DNA of 64,000 nucleotides from Candidatus Falkowbacteria bacterium (GTDB taxonomy: Bacteria; Patescibacteriota; Patescibacteriia; Patescibacteriales; WJLG01). Each line of letters begins with the position of its first letter. Positions within the stretch are counted from its first letter, which is position 1. Location: NCBI GenBank assembly GCA_963747695.1, contig CAVVFV010000010.1, positions 5,618 through 69,617 of the forward strand, in the 5' to 3' direction. Position numbers and translations under genes: made by a program. The notes beneath the pieces were generated by a model. That model was not told the origin of the DNA. It did not search any database and was given only the letters and a program-made list of their open reading frames with translations. Below are positions 16,521 through 24,740 of this stretch, piece by piece.

Positions 16521-16713
16521 TCGTATTTCGTATTTCGTATTTCGTATTTTGACTGCCCAGCGATTTGCTCTTGAATTTTGGGCGTAAAAATACAAAAAAC
16601 GCCAGACGAATCATTGACTAATCCCCACTGTTGTTATTAAATTAGATTATACCATAAAATGCCAAGAGAATAAAATATACGAAATACCAAATACGAAATA
16701 CGATATACGAATT
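16521..16713. repeat. 'cgtatttcg/cgaaatacg' inverted simple repeats flanking the divergent promoter region
   Basis: Left arm 16521..16550 ((tcgtattt)n). Right arm 16672..16713 (its imperfect complement), abutting the rel ATG. Confidence 0.7.
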
Positions 16714-18192
16714 ATGACTATTGATCAAATAGTGGAAAAAGTGAAGGAAAATAACCCAAAAGCCGACGTCGATCTGGTCAGGCTGGCTTATGATTTTGCC
16801 GCCATCGCCCACGAAGGCCAGATCAGGAAAAGCGGCGAACCTTATATCCAGCACAGCCTGCACACGGCCTTTGTTTTGGCGCAGATGAAAGCCGATTTGA
16901 ATACCATTATCGCCGGCTTGCTCCACGATGTGCCGGAAGATACGAGCTATACTTTCGCTGATGTGGAAAAAAATTTCGGCCGCGAAGTCAGCAATCTGGT
17001 CAAGGGCGTGACCAAAGTGGGAAAAATAAAATACCGCGGCATCCAGCGCTATCGGGAAAATTTAAGAAAAATGTTTCTGGCGCTGGCTTCCGACGTGCGC
17101 ATTGTCATGATCAAGTTCAGCGACCGCTTGCATAACCTGCGCACCATCGACGCTTTGCCCAAGGACAAGCAGGAACGGATTGCCAAAGAAAGCTTGGAAA
17201 TTTACGTGCCGATCGCCGAACTTTTAGGCATTTGGGAACTGAAATGGCAAATCGAAGATATCTGTTTCAAAATCCTTTTCCCCGAAGACTTCAAAAAGCT
17301 GCAATATAAATATGAAGTCGAGCGCAAAGCGGAAAACAACCAATATATCCAAAAGATAAAGAATATTCTCGGCGCTGAATTAAAAACTTCCGGAGTTGAG
17401 CATGAAATTGTCGGACGCTTCAAACACCTTTATAGCATTTATCTGAAGATGCAGGAAAAAAATTATGCCTTCGACGAGATCCATGACGTCTTCGCTCTCC
17501 GGGTGCTGGTCAACCATATTTCCGATTGCTATAAAACTTTGGGTATCATCCATTCGCTCTGGAAACCGAAAGCCGGCCGCTTCAAGGATTATATCGCCTT
17601 GCCCAAACCGAACGGGTACCGTTCCTTGCACACCACGGTTTTCGGACCGGAAGGCAAATCAGTGGAATTTCAGATCCGCACCGAAGAAATGAACGACGAG
17701 GCGCTTTACGGTATCGCCGCCCATTGGTATTACAAAAGAAAATATGCCGGCGAAGATCGCCAGCAGCCCAAATGGGTGGACGAAATCCTCGAACTGCAGA
17801 AGCAGATCAAAAATACCGCCGATTTCATCAAGAACATCCAGCTCGATGTCTTTCAACATCGCATTTTTGTTCTAAGTCCCAAGGGCGATGCCTTCGAATT
17901 ACCGGAAGGTTCGACGCCGGTCGATTTCGCTTATGCGGTACACACCGATATCGGTAATCGGGCGGTCGGCGCCAAAGTCAACGAGCAGATCGCCACCTTG
18001 GACCAGGAATTGAAAAACGGCGATATGGTGGAAATCGTCACGGAAAAAAATAAACGCGGCCCGAGCTACAACTGGATGAATTTCGTCAAATCCAAGCGCG
18101 CCAAGGAAAAGATCAAACAGAACGCCGAAAAATATTCCATCTTCGGCAAATTCATGCCCAAGTTCAAAGACAAGGAAAAGGATAAAAAATAA
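16714..18192 (+). CDS. rel: RelA/SpoT-family (p)ppGpp synthetase/hydrolase (HD + synthetase + TGS; no ACT/RRM tail)
   Basis: 492 aa. HD motif 'HDVPEDT', synthetase region 'GYRSLHTTV', TGS region 'IFVLSPKGDAFELPEGSTPVDFAYAVHTDIG'. Confidence 0.9.
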   Translation: MTIDQIVEKVKENNPKADVDLVRLAYDFAAIAHEGQIRKSGEPYIQHSLHTAFVLAQMKADLNTIIAGLLHDVPEDTSYTFADVEKNFGREVSNLVKGVTKVGKIKYRGIQRYRENLRKMFLALASDVRIVMIKFSDRLHNLRTIDALPKDKQERIAKESLEIYVPIAELLGIWELKWQIEDICFKILFPEDFKKLQYKYEVERKAENNQYIQKIKNILGAELKTSGVEHEIVGRFKHLYSIYLKMQEKNYAFDEIHDVFALRVLVNHISDCYKTLGIIHSLWKPKAGRFKDYIALPKPNGYRSLHTTVFGPEGKSVEFQIRTEEMNDEALYGIAAHWYYKRKYAGEDRQQPKWVDEILELQKQIKNTADFIKNIQLDVFQHRIFVLSPKGDAFELPEGSTPVDFAYAVHTDIGNRAVGAKVNEQIATLDQELKNGDMVEIVTEKNKRGPSYNWMNFVKSKRAKEKIKQNAEKYSIFGKFMPKFKDKEKDKK

Positions 18193-18195
18193 ATG

Positions 18196-18229
18196 TAAAA
18201 AAATACCGCCACTTGAGGCGGTATTTTTA
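18196..18229. terminator. bidirectional intrinsic terminator between convergent rel and rpsU
   Basis: Stem aaataccgcc/ggcggtattt with A and T tracts on both sides. Confidence 0.75.
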
Positions 18230-18235
18230 ATATCT

Positions 18236-18475
18236 TTATCTGCGATAAGTTGTTTCTTCTTCCGGGAGTTTGCCGATCTTGCGCAAGTAGTTCTTCTGTT
18301 TCCGGAGCTCTAAACTTTTCAGAGCGTATCTTTTCGTTTTAAGTTTGCTTTTCTTGGGCACCAAAACGCGCTTCTCGCGGGCGATATTCAAAGTTTTGCT
18401 GTTACGCAAACCTTTGTTAAAACGCCGCAAAAAACTCTCGAAACTTTCTCCTTTCTTTCTTTTAAATTCTGTCAT
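18236..18475 (-). CDS. rpsU: 30S ribosomal protein S21
   Basis: 79 aa, basic. 'GESFESFLRRFNKGLRNS'. A GGAGGTG Shine-Dalgarno lies upstream. Confidence 0.85.
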   Translation of the reverse strand: MTEFKRKKGESFESFLRRFNKGLRNSKTLNIAREKRVLVPKKSKLKTKRYALKSLELRKQKNYLRKIGKLPEEETTYRR

Positions 18476-18496
18476 AGTGAAACACCTCCAATCAAT

Positions 18497-18599
18497 ATTC
18501 GTATCTCGTATTCGGTATTTCGTATTTCGTATATATTTTCAGCAACATTCTGTCCAAAAACATACACGAAATACGAAATACGATCTACGAAATACGATT
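18497..18599. repeat. 'cgtatttcg' family hairpin between hisS and rpsU
   Basis: Arms 18497..18534 and 18562..18599 are ~85% complementary, with a 27-nt loop. Confidence 0.75.
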
Positions 18600-19971
18600 A
18601 AATAGTATTAATTCTCTTCTCGACTTCTGCCTTTACTTTTTTATAATCAACAATCTCTTGATTGCCTGATTCCATATCGCGGAGCATGATCGTCTTGTCA
18701 TTCATTTCCTTCTGGCCTAAGATCAAAGTCAATTTGGCGCCCAAAGCATTGGCTTCTTCCAGCTGATCCTTCAAGCTGTCACGGGTAAAAGCCTGTTTGA
18801 CTTTCAGACCGGACTTGCGCAATTCCTCGAACAAACCCATGGCTTTGCGGCGGGCCGCATCGCCTAATTGAGCGATAAAAATTATATTCTTGTCATCTTT
18901 TTCCAAAGGGATGCCGGCGGTTTTTATTTTCGCGACAGTGCGCTCGATGCCAACGGCGAAGCCGCAAGTCGGAGTCGGCCGGCCGCCGAAAAATTCCACC
19001 AAAGTGTCATACCGTCCGCCGCCGCCCAAAGACAATTGGCCATTGGGATTCTTGTCCCCTTCTTCCTTGGCGGTGATCTCAAAAACCGTGCCGGTATAAT
19101 AATCCAAGCCGCGGACCAGACTCAAATTCAAATTATAAGGAATGTTCATTTCATCGAGATATTCCAAAACGCGGGTGAATTTCTTCTTGCAATCCTCGCA
19201 GAGGAAATCGACGATCGGCGGCGCGCCTTCTTTCAAAGCGATGCAATTAGGTTCTTTACAATCTAAAAGGCGTAAGGGATTTTTTTCCAACCGGCGCTTG
19301 CAATCATTGCAGAGTCGCGAACGGTTACCCCTTTCTTTATAATAAGCGGTCAGCTTCTTGATATATTCGCCGCGGCATTGCTTGCAGCCGATATTATTAA
19401 CCTGTAATTCGATATCGATCTGCAATTCGCTGAAAAGATTATAAGCGATGAGCATCAAGAGGAAATCGGCCACCGGGCTGGCTTCGCCGAAAATTTCCAT
19501 ATCAAACTGATGCGACTGGCGGTATCGTCCGGCTTGCGGTTTTTCGTGGCGGAAGATCGGACCGTAAGAATACATCTTCACCGGATGCGGCATATTCAGC
19601 ATGCCGTTCTCGATATAAGCGCGGACCAAGCTCGGCGTGATTTCCGGACGTAAGGCGATCTTTTCACCGTTCTTATCGACAAAAGCGTACATTTCTTTGG
19701 AAACGATATCGCTCGATTCGCCGGTGGATTTGCGGTAAAGCTCCAATTGCTCGAGGATCGGAGTTTGGATTTTCTTGAAACCGTAAATTTCCGCCAAGTC
19801 GGAAGCTTTCTTGATCACCAGATCCCAATATTTATTTTCGTCAAAAATAATATCCTTCATCCCTCTTAAGCGGACGAATTTTTCCGAAAGGCCTTTCTGC
19901 TTCAATTCCTCTTTGTGGAAAGGATCCCGGTGGTGATGATTGTTATTTTGATTATTTTTTCGACGAGGCAT
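18598..19971 (-). CDS. hisS: histidine--tRNA ligase
   Basis: 457 aa. 'RGMKD', 'LRPEITPSLVRAY', 'YGPIFRHEKPQAGRYRQSHQFDMEIFG'. Confidence 0.92.
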   Translation of the reverse strand: MPRRKNNQNNNHHHRDPFHKEELKQKGLSEKFVRLRGMKDIIFDENKYWDLVIKKASDLAEIYGFKKIQTPILEQLELYRKSTGESSDIVSKEMYAFVDKNGEKIALRPEITPSLVRAYIENGMLNMPHPVKMYSYGPIFRHEKPQAGRYRQSHQFDMEIFGEASPVADFLLMLIAYNLFSELQIDIELQVNNIGCKQCRGEYIKKLTAYYKERGNRSRLCNDCKRRLEKNPLRLLDCKEPNCIALKEGAPPIVDFLCEDCKKKFTRVLEYLDEMNIPYNLNLSLVRGLDYYTGTVFEITAKEEGDKNPNGQLSLGGGGRYDTLVEFFGGRPTPTCGFAVGIERTVAKIKTAGIPLEKDDKNIIFIAQLGDAARRKAMGLFEELRKSGLKVKQAFTRDSLKDQLEEANALGAKLTLILGQKEMNDKTIMLRDMESGNQEIVDYKKVKAEVEKRINTI

Positions 19972-19980
19972 ATTCTTATT

Positions 19981-20118
19981 AATTTAAATTTTATAATTTT
20001 TTAATTTTTAAATAGTTTTTAAACTCTAATTTTTTAATTTTTTAAAGGCCAATTTAAATGATAATTTTAAAAATTAAAAATTTGGATTTATTTAAAAATT
20101 ACAAAATTTAAAAATTTC
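19981..20118. repeat. AT-rich inverted-repeat element, copy 3
   Basis: 19991..20012 is identical to 13344..13365, and 20091..20108 is identical to 13411..13428. Confidence 0.75.
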
Positions 20119-20122
20119 TATA

Positions 20123-20689
20123 CTAATACTGATAAATGGGGGTTTGGAAAACCGTAATTCTATTTACCGGCCAGCCGCGGAACATTACCCGGCCGATCAG
20201 GAAACTCTTATCCACCGGTCCGAAGCTGCGCGAATCTTTGGATTCATTGCGATTGTCGCCCAAGACGTAATATTCGTTCGGCCCGAGCGTCACCGATTCC
20301 GTGCCGGTGTTGGCGAAAGTCTTCACGGTAGAGGACAAATAAGTTTCATCAAGCGCCACGCCGTCTTTGTATTGTTGGTTATAGATATAAACTTGTCCGT
20401 CTTTGATCTCCACTTTTTCGCCGGGCAGACCGATTACTCGCTTAATGAAATATTCTTGCGGATCTTTGGGATAACGGAAGACGATAATATCGCCTCGCTG
20501 GACAGGATGCAAACGATAGCCGATCTCATCGATGATCAAATATTCGCGATCGTAGAAAGTCGGCTCCATCGACGCGCCCTTGACGTAAAACGGCTGAATA
20601 AGAAAGTACCGGACCGGGATGATAATTACCAAGGAAATAACGACTACTTTCACTAACTCCCAGGTAAACGCAAGAATCTTTTTTAACAT
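20123..20689 (-). CDS. lepB: signal peptidase I
   Basis: 188 aa. 'GASMEPTF', 'GDIIVFRYP', 'IKRVIGLPGE', 'GDNRNESKDSR'. Confidence 0.92.
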   Translation of the reverse strand: MLKKILAFTWELVKVVVISLVIIIPVRYFLIQPFYVKGASMEPTFYDREYLIIDEIGYRLHPVQRGDIIVFRYPKDPQEYFIKRVIGLPGEKVEIKDGQVYIYNQQYKDGVALDETYLSSTVKTFANTGTESVTLGPNEYYVLGDNRNESKDSRSFGPVDKSFLIGRVMFRGWPVNRITVFQTPIYQY

Positions 20690-20809
20690 TGTTTTTAAAA
20701 AATAATATCCCCTCCTTGTTTTATGGGGGAGTTTTGCGAGTAATTTAACTTATACCCAATATAACATTAAAAAATACGGCAGTCAACCCTAAAAAATAAT
20801 CCGAACCTG

Positions 20810-20888
20810 CGAAATATCCGAATACTACGAACCCTGCAAATCGAAAAAAAATTCGTTGTATTCGCGTATAATTCGTAGTATTCGTATT
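20810..20888. repeat. 'cgaatac' family hairpin upstream of lepB
   Basis: 13-bp perfect stem 20819..20831 / 20872..20884, with an inner palindrome 'tcgaaaaaaaattcg'. Confidence 0.7.
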
Positions 20889-20920
20889 ATCTGACCGAGC
20901 AAATTAGAAAGTAAGCAGTG

Positions 20921-21004
20921 AATACAAAACCGGCCCGCTAAAAGCAGGCCGGTTTTTGTTTTCCCGAATGAAGTCGACTTGTCTAAATTAGCCAACTCAT
21001 CCTG
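20921..21004 (-). ncRNA. candidate ~83-nt small RNA (own promoter and intrinsic terminator)
   Basis: Near-consensus promoter at 21011..21039. The stem aaaaccggcc/ggccggtttt (20926..20956) is followed by UUUUGUAUU on the minus strand. No family recognised. Confidence 0.4.
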
Positions 21005-21010
21005 TGGATA

Positions 21011-21039
21011 ATTATAGCAAACCCGCGGGTCACGGTCAA
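21011..21039 (-). promoter_or_regulatory. sigma-70-type promoter TTGACC-N17-TATAAT
   Basis: Minus-strand read: -35 TTGACC (21039..21034), 17-nt spacer, -10 TATAAT (21016..21011). Confidence 0.55.
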
Positions 21040-21090
21040 GCCATTTATCAACAGCGGCAAACAACCAGAGACAAAGTAATTAAAAAAAAT

Positions 21091-21192
21091 GTTATACTGC
21101 CAAATTGTTATATTGTTACGCAACGAAATAAATAACAATGGTGTTTATTAAAATCGTTGCGTAACAATATAACAATTTAACAATATGACAAT
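21091..21192. repeat. 'empty' class-II hairpin, 25-bp perfect stem
   Basis: 21102..21126 'aaattgttatattgttacgcaacga' is the exact reverse complement of 21154..21178. The 27-nt loop begins 'aataaata', as in 4553..4660. Confidence 0.85.
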
Positions 21193-21248
21193 GCATTAAT
21201 AAAACACAAAAGAGGCCCTTGCGAGCCTCTTAGTGCTATATGAAAAAT

Positions 21249-22409
21249 TTATTTCTTGACTTGGTATTTCTCCCCGACCTTTTCAAAGACTTCTTTATCC
21301 ATTAAGGCGAGGTTGATGGTGGTGTTCTTGACCATCCGGTTCTCCAAGACTTTCTTGATGATCTCGTCTTTGGAGAGCGGACCGCTTTCGACTAAGATAT
21401 CGCGGATCACATCGGCGACGACGCCTTCTTTATAACCCCATTCCTTCAAACCGTAGATGCCGCGGCCGATCAAAACGTATTTCGGATCCAGGATCAATTC
21501 ATTGTGGACAGTGGCCGGATTGGCGGTCTTATGATCGAAGCTTACTTCGTTGATGCGCTTGGCAATATCCACGAAATGCATCGGCTTGCCCTGATTCTTC
21601 AACACCAGATAAATCTTATGATTGATGGTCTTGGGCGCCACTTCTTCCGAATTATAGACTCCCCAGAAACCGAATTTATTCTGCTCAATGTCCTTGACGG
21701 CCACCAGCAAAGAATAGAGGATCTTATTGTTATTGATCAATTCCGAATCTTCATCGAACAAAGCTCCATCCCAATAGCTGGAAACGTCGACCTCGGACGG
21801 CACATCCAATTTATCTTTGTGTTCGCCGTAAACATCAGTCTTGGTGACGAGGTCGATCGCCTCGTTGGTTTTGATCACTTGTTTCAGATTGGAAATTCCT
21901 CTGACCATTTCTCTGGCCAAAGCTTCCAGATGATCCAAAGATTCGCACTTCAATTTATAAGAGGTCTTGAAGATATCGGAATCTTTGATCTCTTCGAATT
22001 CATCGTGCAGCAAGCGGGAAAGCATAAAATCATACTGATTCTTTTCCACTTCATAATCATCGCTTCTGTATTCGACCGGAGAGAAAGTATTCAAAAGGTG
22101 GAATAAATATTCCTTTTCCGCCAAGCCGCCGTGCTCAACCAAAAGCTTATTGGTGATTTCCCGCAGATCAACCAGCTCCTCCTTCAATTCCTTGACCTCG
22201 CGCAATTTCTTGATGGTGGCATTCTCAATCTGGCGAATGCGCTCGCGAGTCAGATTGTGCAGGCCGCCAACCGCTTCGAGAGTTTCCTTCTCACTGTCCT
22301 TCAAACCGAACCGACGGGTGATGATATCCCGTTCTTTCTTGGAAAGCCTCGCCAAAAGACTTTTCACAATTTCGTTGGTGTTTAATTTTGTGCTGCTTTC
22401 GTTAGACAT
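21249..22409 (-). CDS. sigma-70 region-4-like HTH protein with C-terminal winged-helix (HARE-HTH-like) domain
   Basis: 386 aa. 'ERDIITRRFGL...TLEAVGGLHNLTRERIRQIENATIKKLR' matches sigma region 4. No region 2 was seen, so it is probably not a canonical sigma factor. Confidence 0.6.
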   Translation of the reverse strand: MSNESSTKLNTNEIVKSLLARLSKKERDIITRRFGLKDSEKETLEAVGGLHNLTRERIRQIENATIKKLREVKELKEELVDLREITNKLLVEHGGLAEKEYLFHLLNTFSPVEYRSDDYEVEKNQYDFMLSRLLHDEFEEIKDSDIFKTSYKLKCESLDHLEALAREMVRGISNLKQVIKTNEAIDLVTKTDVYGEHKDKLDVPSEVDVSSYWDGALFDEDSELINNNKILYSLLVAVKDIEQNKFGFWGVYNSEEVAPKTINHKIYLVLKNQGKPMHFVDIAKRINEVSFDHKTANPATVHNELILDPKYVLIGRGIYGLKEWGYKEGVVADVIRDILVESGPLSKDEIIKKVLENRMVKNTTINLALMDKEVFEKVGEKYQVKK

Positions 22410-22663
22410 ATTTACTGAACAAGAGCTTGGGGTTCTTGTCTTATAAAAATTTATATTTTAAATAAAATAATAATGAATAATAATGAAGTAGAATAATATC
22501 ATTAATAATAAAATTAGTCAAGGGCAAACAATGATTGTATCCTACCAGCTTCTGGTAAAGCTGTAAAGGGCCAACAGAAAAATAAAACAAAAATTAGCTA
22601 ATATTAAAACTAAAATAACGATGTATTTGGCAACTTTTTACCATAAAAAGGACAAAAAATCCA

Positions 22664-22686
22664 TCAAAAAAGCCCCGGAGAGGGCT
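22664..22686 (-). terminator. intrinsic terminator after ruvC
   Basis: Minus-strand agccc-tctccg-gggct followed by TTTTTT. An additional 9-bp hairpin (22696..22723) spans the stop codon. Confidence 0.6.
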
Positions 22687-22719
22687 TAGGCAAAAGTAGG
22701 AACGCAAGATTTTCCGTTC

Positions 22720-23202
22720 CTACGATTTTAATTCGTTAACCGAACTGATGGCGATCGCCAGGGCGTCGGCGGCGTCATCGGGCCGCGGAATCTCTTTTAA
22801 GTTAAGCAAGAGCTTAACCATTTTTTGGACTTGCGCCTTTCCCGCCTGGCCGTAACCCGCGATTGTCTGCTTGACTTGCAACGGCGTCATCTCGGTGAGC
22901 GGAATTTTATTTTTACGGCAGGTCAAGAGAATGACTCCCCTGGCCTGGCCGACCGCGATCGCGGTCTTGGCATTATTATAAAAAAATAATTCTTCAACGG
23001 CCGCCAAAGCCGGCTGATATTTCTTGATGATCTTTTCCAATTCATTATTCAGAGTTTCCAAACGTTCGGCGATCGGCAATCCGGCTTTGGTCTTGATTGA
23101 ACCATAAGCGAGGCAGGAAATCTTGCCGCCCTGGCCTTTTTCAATCAAGCCATAACCGGTATCGGCTATTCCCGGGTCTACACCCAGTATTATTTTAGAC
23201 AT
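22720..23202 (-). CDS. ruvC: crossover junction endodeoxyribonuclease RuvC
   Basis: 'ILGVDPGIADTGYG...DAADALAIAI'. The track start at 23214 is a TTG inside a hairpin arm; the ATG at 23202 is preferred. Confidence 0.9.
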   Translation of the reverse strand: MSKIILGVDPGIADTGYGLIEKGQGGKISCLAYGSIKTKAGLPIAERLETLNNELEKIIKKYQPALAAVEELFFYNNAKTAIAVGQARGVILLTCRKNKIPLTEMTPLQVKQTIAGYGQAGKAQVQKMVKLLLNLKEIPRPDDAADALAIAISSVNELKS

Positions 23203-23203
23203 G

Positions 23204-23293
23204 AAAATATCCAATAAACAATATCAAATATCCAAAAAATATTAAAATATTTAAATATTTTTTAAAATATTGGCTATTTGATATTGGATATTT
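23204..23293. repeat. 'aaatatccaata' hairpin filling the yebC-ruvC gap
   Basis: 12-bp perfect stem 23205..23216 / 23282..23293 with an imperfect extension. The arms touch the ruvC start and the yebC stop. Confidence 0.7.
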
Positions 23294-24011
23294 ATTTAAG
23301 ATTCGAGTAGTGGTCTGAGATATCCTCATTATCATCCATCGCCGCCATCAAGCCTTCGATCTTGGCGGCATCTTCGCCTGAGACTTCGATGGTATCTTTG
23401 GCAACGTATTCGATTTCGGCTGATTCGGTGGCAACGCCCTTGCCTTCCAGATATGTTTTAACTTTCTGTAAATTTGCGCCTGGTGTCAGGATCGTCAGGC
23501 CTTCGGCTTCTTTTTTGACATCATCCGCTCCGGCATCGATCAGTTCCAGCTGGCCTTCATCGCTATCGATCCCTTTAGCCGCAGCCACTTCCGCCGAGAC
23601 ACGGATCACGCCTTTCAAATCGAAATTCCAAAGCACCGCGCCCATCGCGCCGCCATGAGCGGCGAGCAAGTGGCGGACTTCCGCGGCCGTGCGATTCTTA
23701 TTATCAGTCAAGATCTTAATGACAAATTGGGAGTTGGCCGGGCCGACCGCCTCGTAAACCAATTCATCAAGCGTTGCGCCTTCCAATTCTCCCGTGCCGC
23801 GCTTGATCGCCCGTTCAATGTTTTCTTTCGGCATATTGGCCGCTTTGGCGCGGCTGACCGCGGTGCTCAAAGCAAAGTTTGAAGCCGGATCACCGCCTTT
23901 GCGGGCCGCGATCGTAATGACATTGGAAATCTTAGTGAAAGCGGCGCCGCGCTTGGCGTCGACGATTTCTTTAGCTCGATGAGTGGTCGCCCACTTGGAA
24001 TGTCCGGACAT
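23292..24011 (-). CDS. yebC: YebC/PmpR-family DNA-binding transcriptional regulator
   Basis: 239 aa with the N-terminus 'MSGHSKWATTHRAKEIVDAKRG'. Confidence 0.92.
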   Translation of the reverse strand: MSGHSKWATTHRAKEIVDAKRGAAFTKISNVITIAARKGGDPASNFALSTAVSRAKAANMPKENIERAIKRGTGELEGATLDELVYEAVGPANSQFVIKILTDNKNRTAAEVRHLLAAHGGAMGAVLWNFDLKGVIRVSAEVAAAKGIDSDEGQLELIDAGADDVKKEAEGLTILTPGANLQKVKTYLEGKGVATESAEIEYVAKDTIEVSGEDAAKIEGLMAAMDDNEDISDHYSNLK

Positions 24012-24161
24012 ATCGATATCGATTAAAAATTAAAAGTGAAAAATTAAAAATAATTGAATAAAAAACGGCATTAGTTGCTATTGGTTGGCCGTAAAGATAT
24101 ATTATCCCAGGATTACAAAAAAATCAATCAAGTGTCATTACTGCCGGCGCGGAAATGGCGA

Positions 24162-24195
24162 GGAAAATAAAATGGGGGAGAAAATTTTCTCCCCC
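24162..24195 (-). terminator. strong intrinsic terminator in the giant-gene/yebC spacer
   Basis: Stem gggggag-aaaatttt-ctccccc followed on the minus strand by ATTTTATTTT. Confidence 0.7.
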
Positions 24196-24306
24196 GCGAT
24201 TTTGGGGCCGAATCGATAGCCTGGGCGGTTTTTTCCGCCTTGATTGAAAAGGAGTTGCCATTTCAATCGCCATCTGATTCGGGGAAGGATCGCTTCACTC
24301 CCCTGT

Positions 24307-24471
24307 TTACCTCACTAATTCGGTTTGCGGCCAACAATAATGGACTTGCTTCAAAATCCTTTTCACCTCGGAATTATCGTCCGTTTGTTCCGCGCGCATC
24401 AATCTTTCCGGCAAAGAAAGGTCGTCTGCTTTTACCGCTACTACACTGACTTCGGCCGCTCCATCGTCCAT
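24307..24471 (-). CDS. candidate small protein (54 aa), unknown function
   Basis: Not in the ORF track because it is under 60 aa. An ATG preceded by GGAGAGG at 5-nt spacing. 'MDDGAAEVSVVAVKADDLSLPERLMRAEQTDDNSEVKRILKQVHYCWPQTELVR'. A strong terminator lies about 110 nt downstream. Confidence 0.3.
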   Translation of the reverse strand: MDDGAAEVSVVAVKADDLSLPERLMRAEQTDDNSEVKRILKQVHYCWPQTELVR

Positions 24472-24509
24472 GCAAACCTCCATGGGTTAAAGAAAGAACA
24501 CGAGGACTG

Positions 24510-24560
24510 AAAAACTTTAAAGGCCACTTCCTGTTTTTGGAAGTGGCCTTTATTTATTTG
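24510..24560. terminator. bidirectional hairpin terminator ~190 nt downstream of the giant ORF
   Basis: 12-bp stem aaggccacttcc/ggaagtggcctt with T-rich runs on both strands. Confidence 0.6.
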
Positions 24561-24584
24561 ATCCCGCCTGGGCGGGACTGATTC

Positions 24585-24674
24585 CTAGAAAACGTTTGAG
24601 CCACTTCCAAAAACATCGACGGTAACGACGACCAACAAGCTGACAATAATGTTTTTGGTGGTGGATTTATTCAT
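24585..24674 (-). CDS. candidate 29-aa hydrophobic peptide immediately downstream of the giant gene
   Basis: 'MNKSTTKNIIVSLLVVVTVDVFGSGSNVF'. No clear Shine-Dalgarno. Read by eye and speculative. Confidence 0.15.
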   Translation of the reverse strand: MNKSTTKNIIVSLLVVVTVDVFGSGSNVF

Positions 24675-24740
24675 AGCTTCTTATATTATATGGCGATGGT
24701 TTAAAAACGTCAAGCGTTTAGGGTCATCGGCACCGAATCG

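Noticed and set aside
16521-16550. A CRISPR array, suggested by short direct repeats such as (tcgtattt)n and the other simple tandem units in the spacers.
   Set aside because: The units are 7-9 nt and contiguous, with no unique spacers. The arrays are under 40 nt, are paired with complementary arms, and no cas genes are present.
16642-16926. A 94-aa minus-strand ORF overlapping the rel start and the divergent promoter region.
   Set aside because: It is antisense to the well-supported rel N-terminus and extends into the repeat arm. It has no motif and no Shine-Dalgarno.
20825-21064. A 79-aa minus-strand ORF in the lepB upstream spacer.
   Set aside because: It runs through a promoter, a terminator hairpin and a simple-repeat hairpin. 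Its sequence is dominated by repeat-derived residues. The interval is better explained as a candidate sRNA plus hairpin.
24240-24510. Two overlapping plus-strand ORFs (69 and 61 aa) in the spacer downstream of the giant gene.
   Set aside because: They have no Shine-Dalgarno and overlap each other in different frames. They run antisense to a better-supported minus-strand sORF and through hairpins, so they are likely non-coding.
24012-24560. A tmRNA, RNase P RNA or SRP RNA in the GC-richer spacer, prompted by 'ggggccgaatcgatagcc' and 'aagaaaggtcg'.
   Set aside because: No tRNA-like 3' end (GGTTCGA...CCA-proximal acceptor) was found. The RNase P P4 motifs 'GAGGAAAGTCC' and 'ACAGAA' are absent, and so is the SRP 'GGAAGCAGCC' motif. 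By eye this is not any of these RNAs, though a covariance-model search is still needed.
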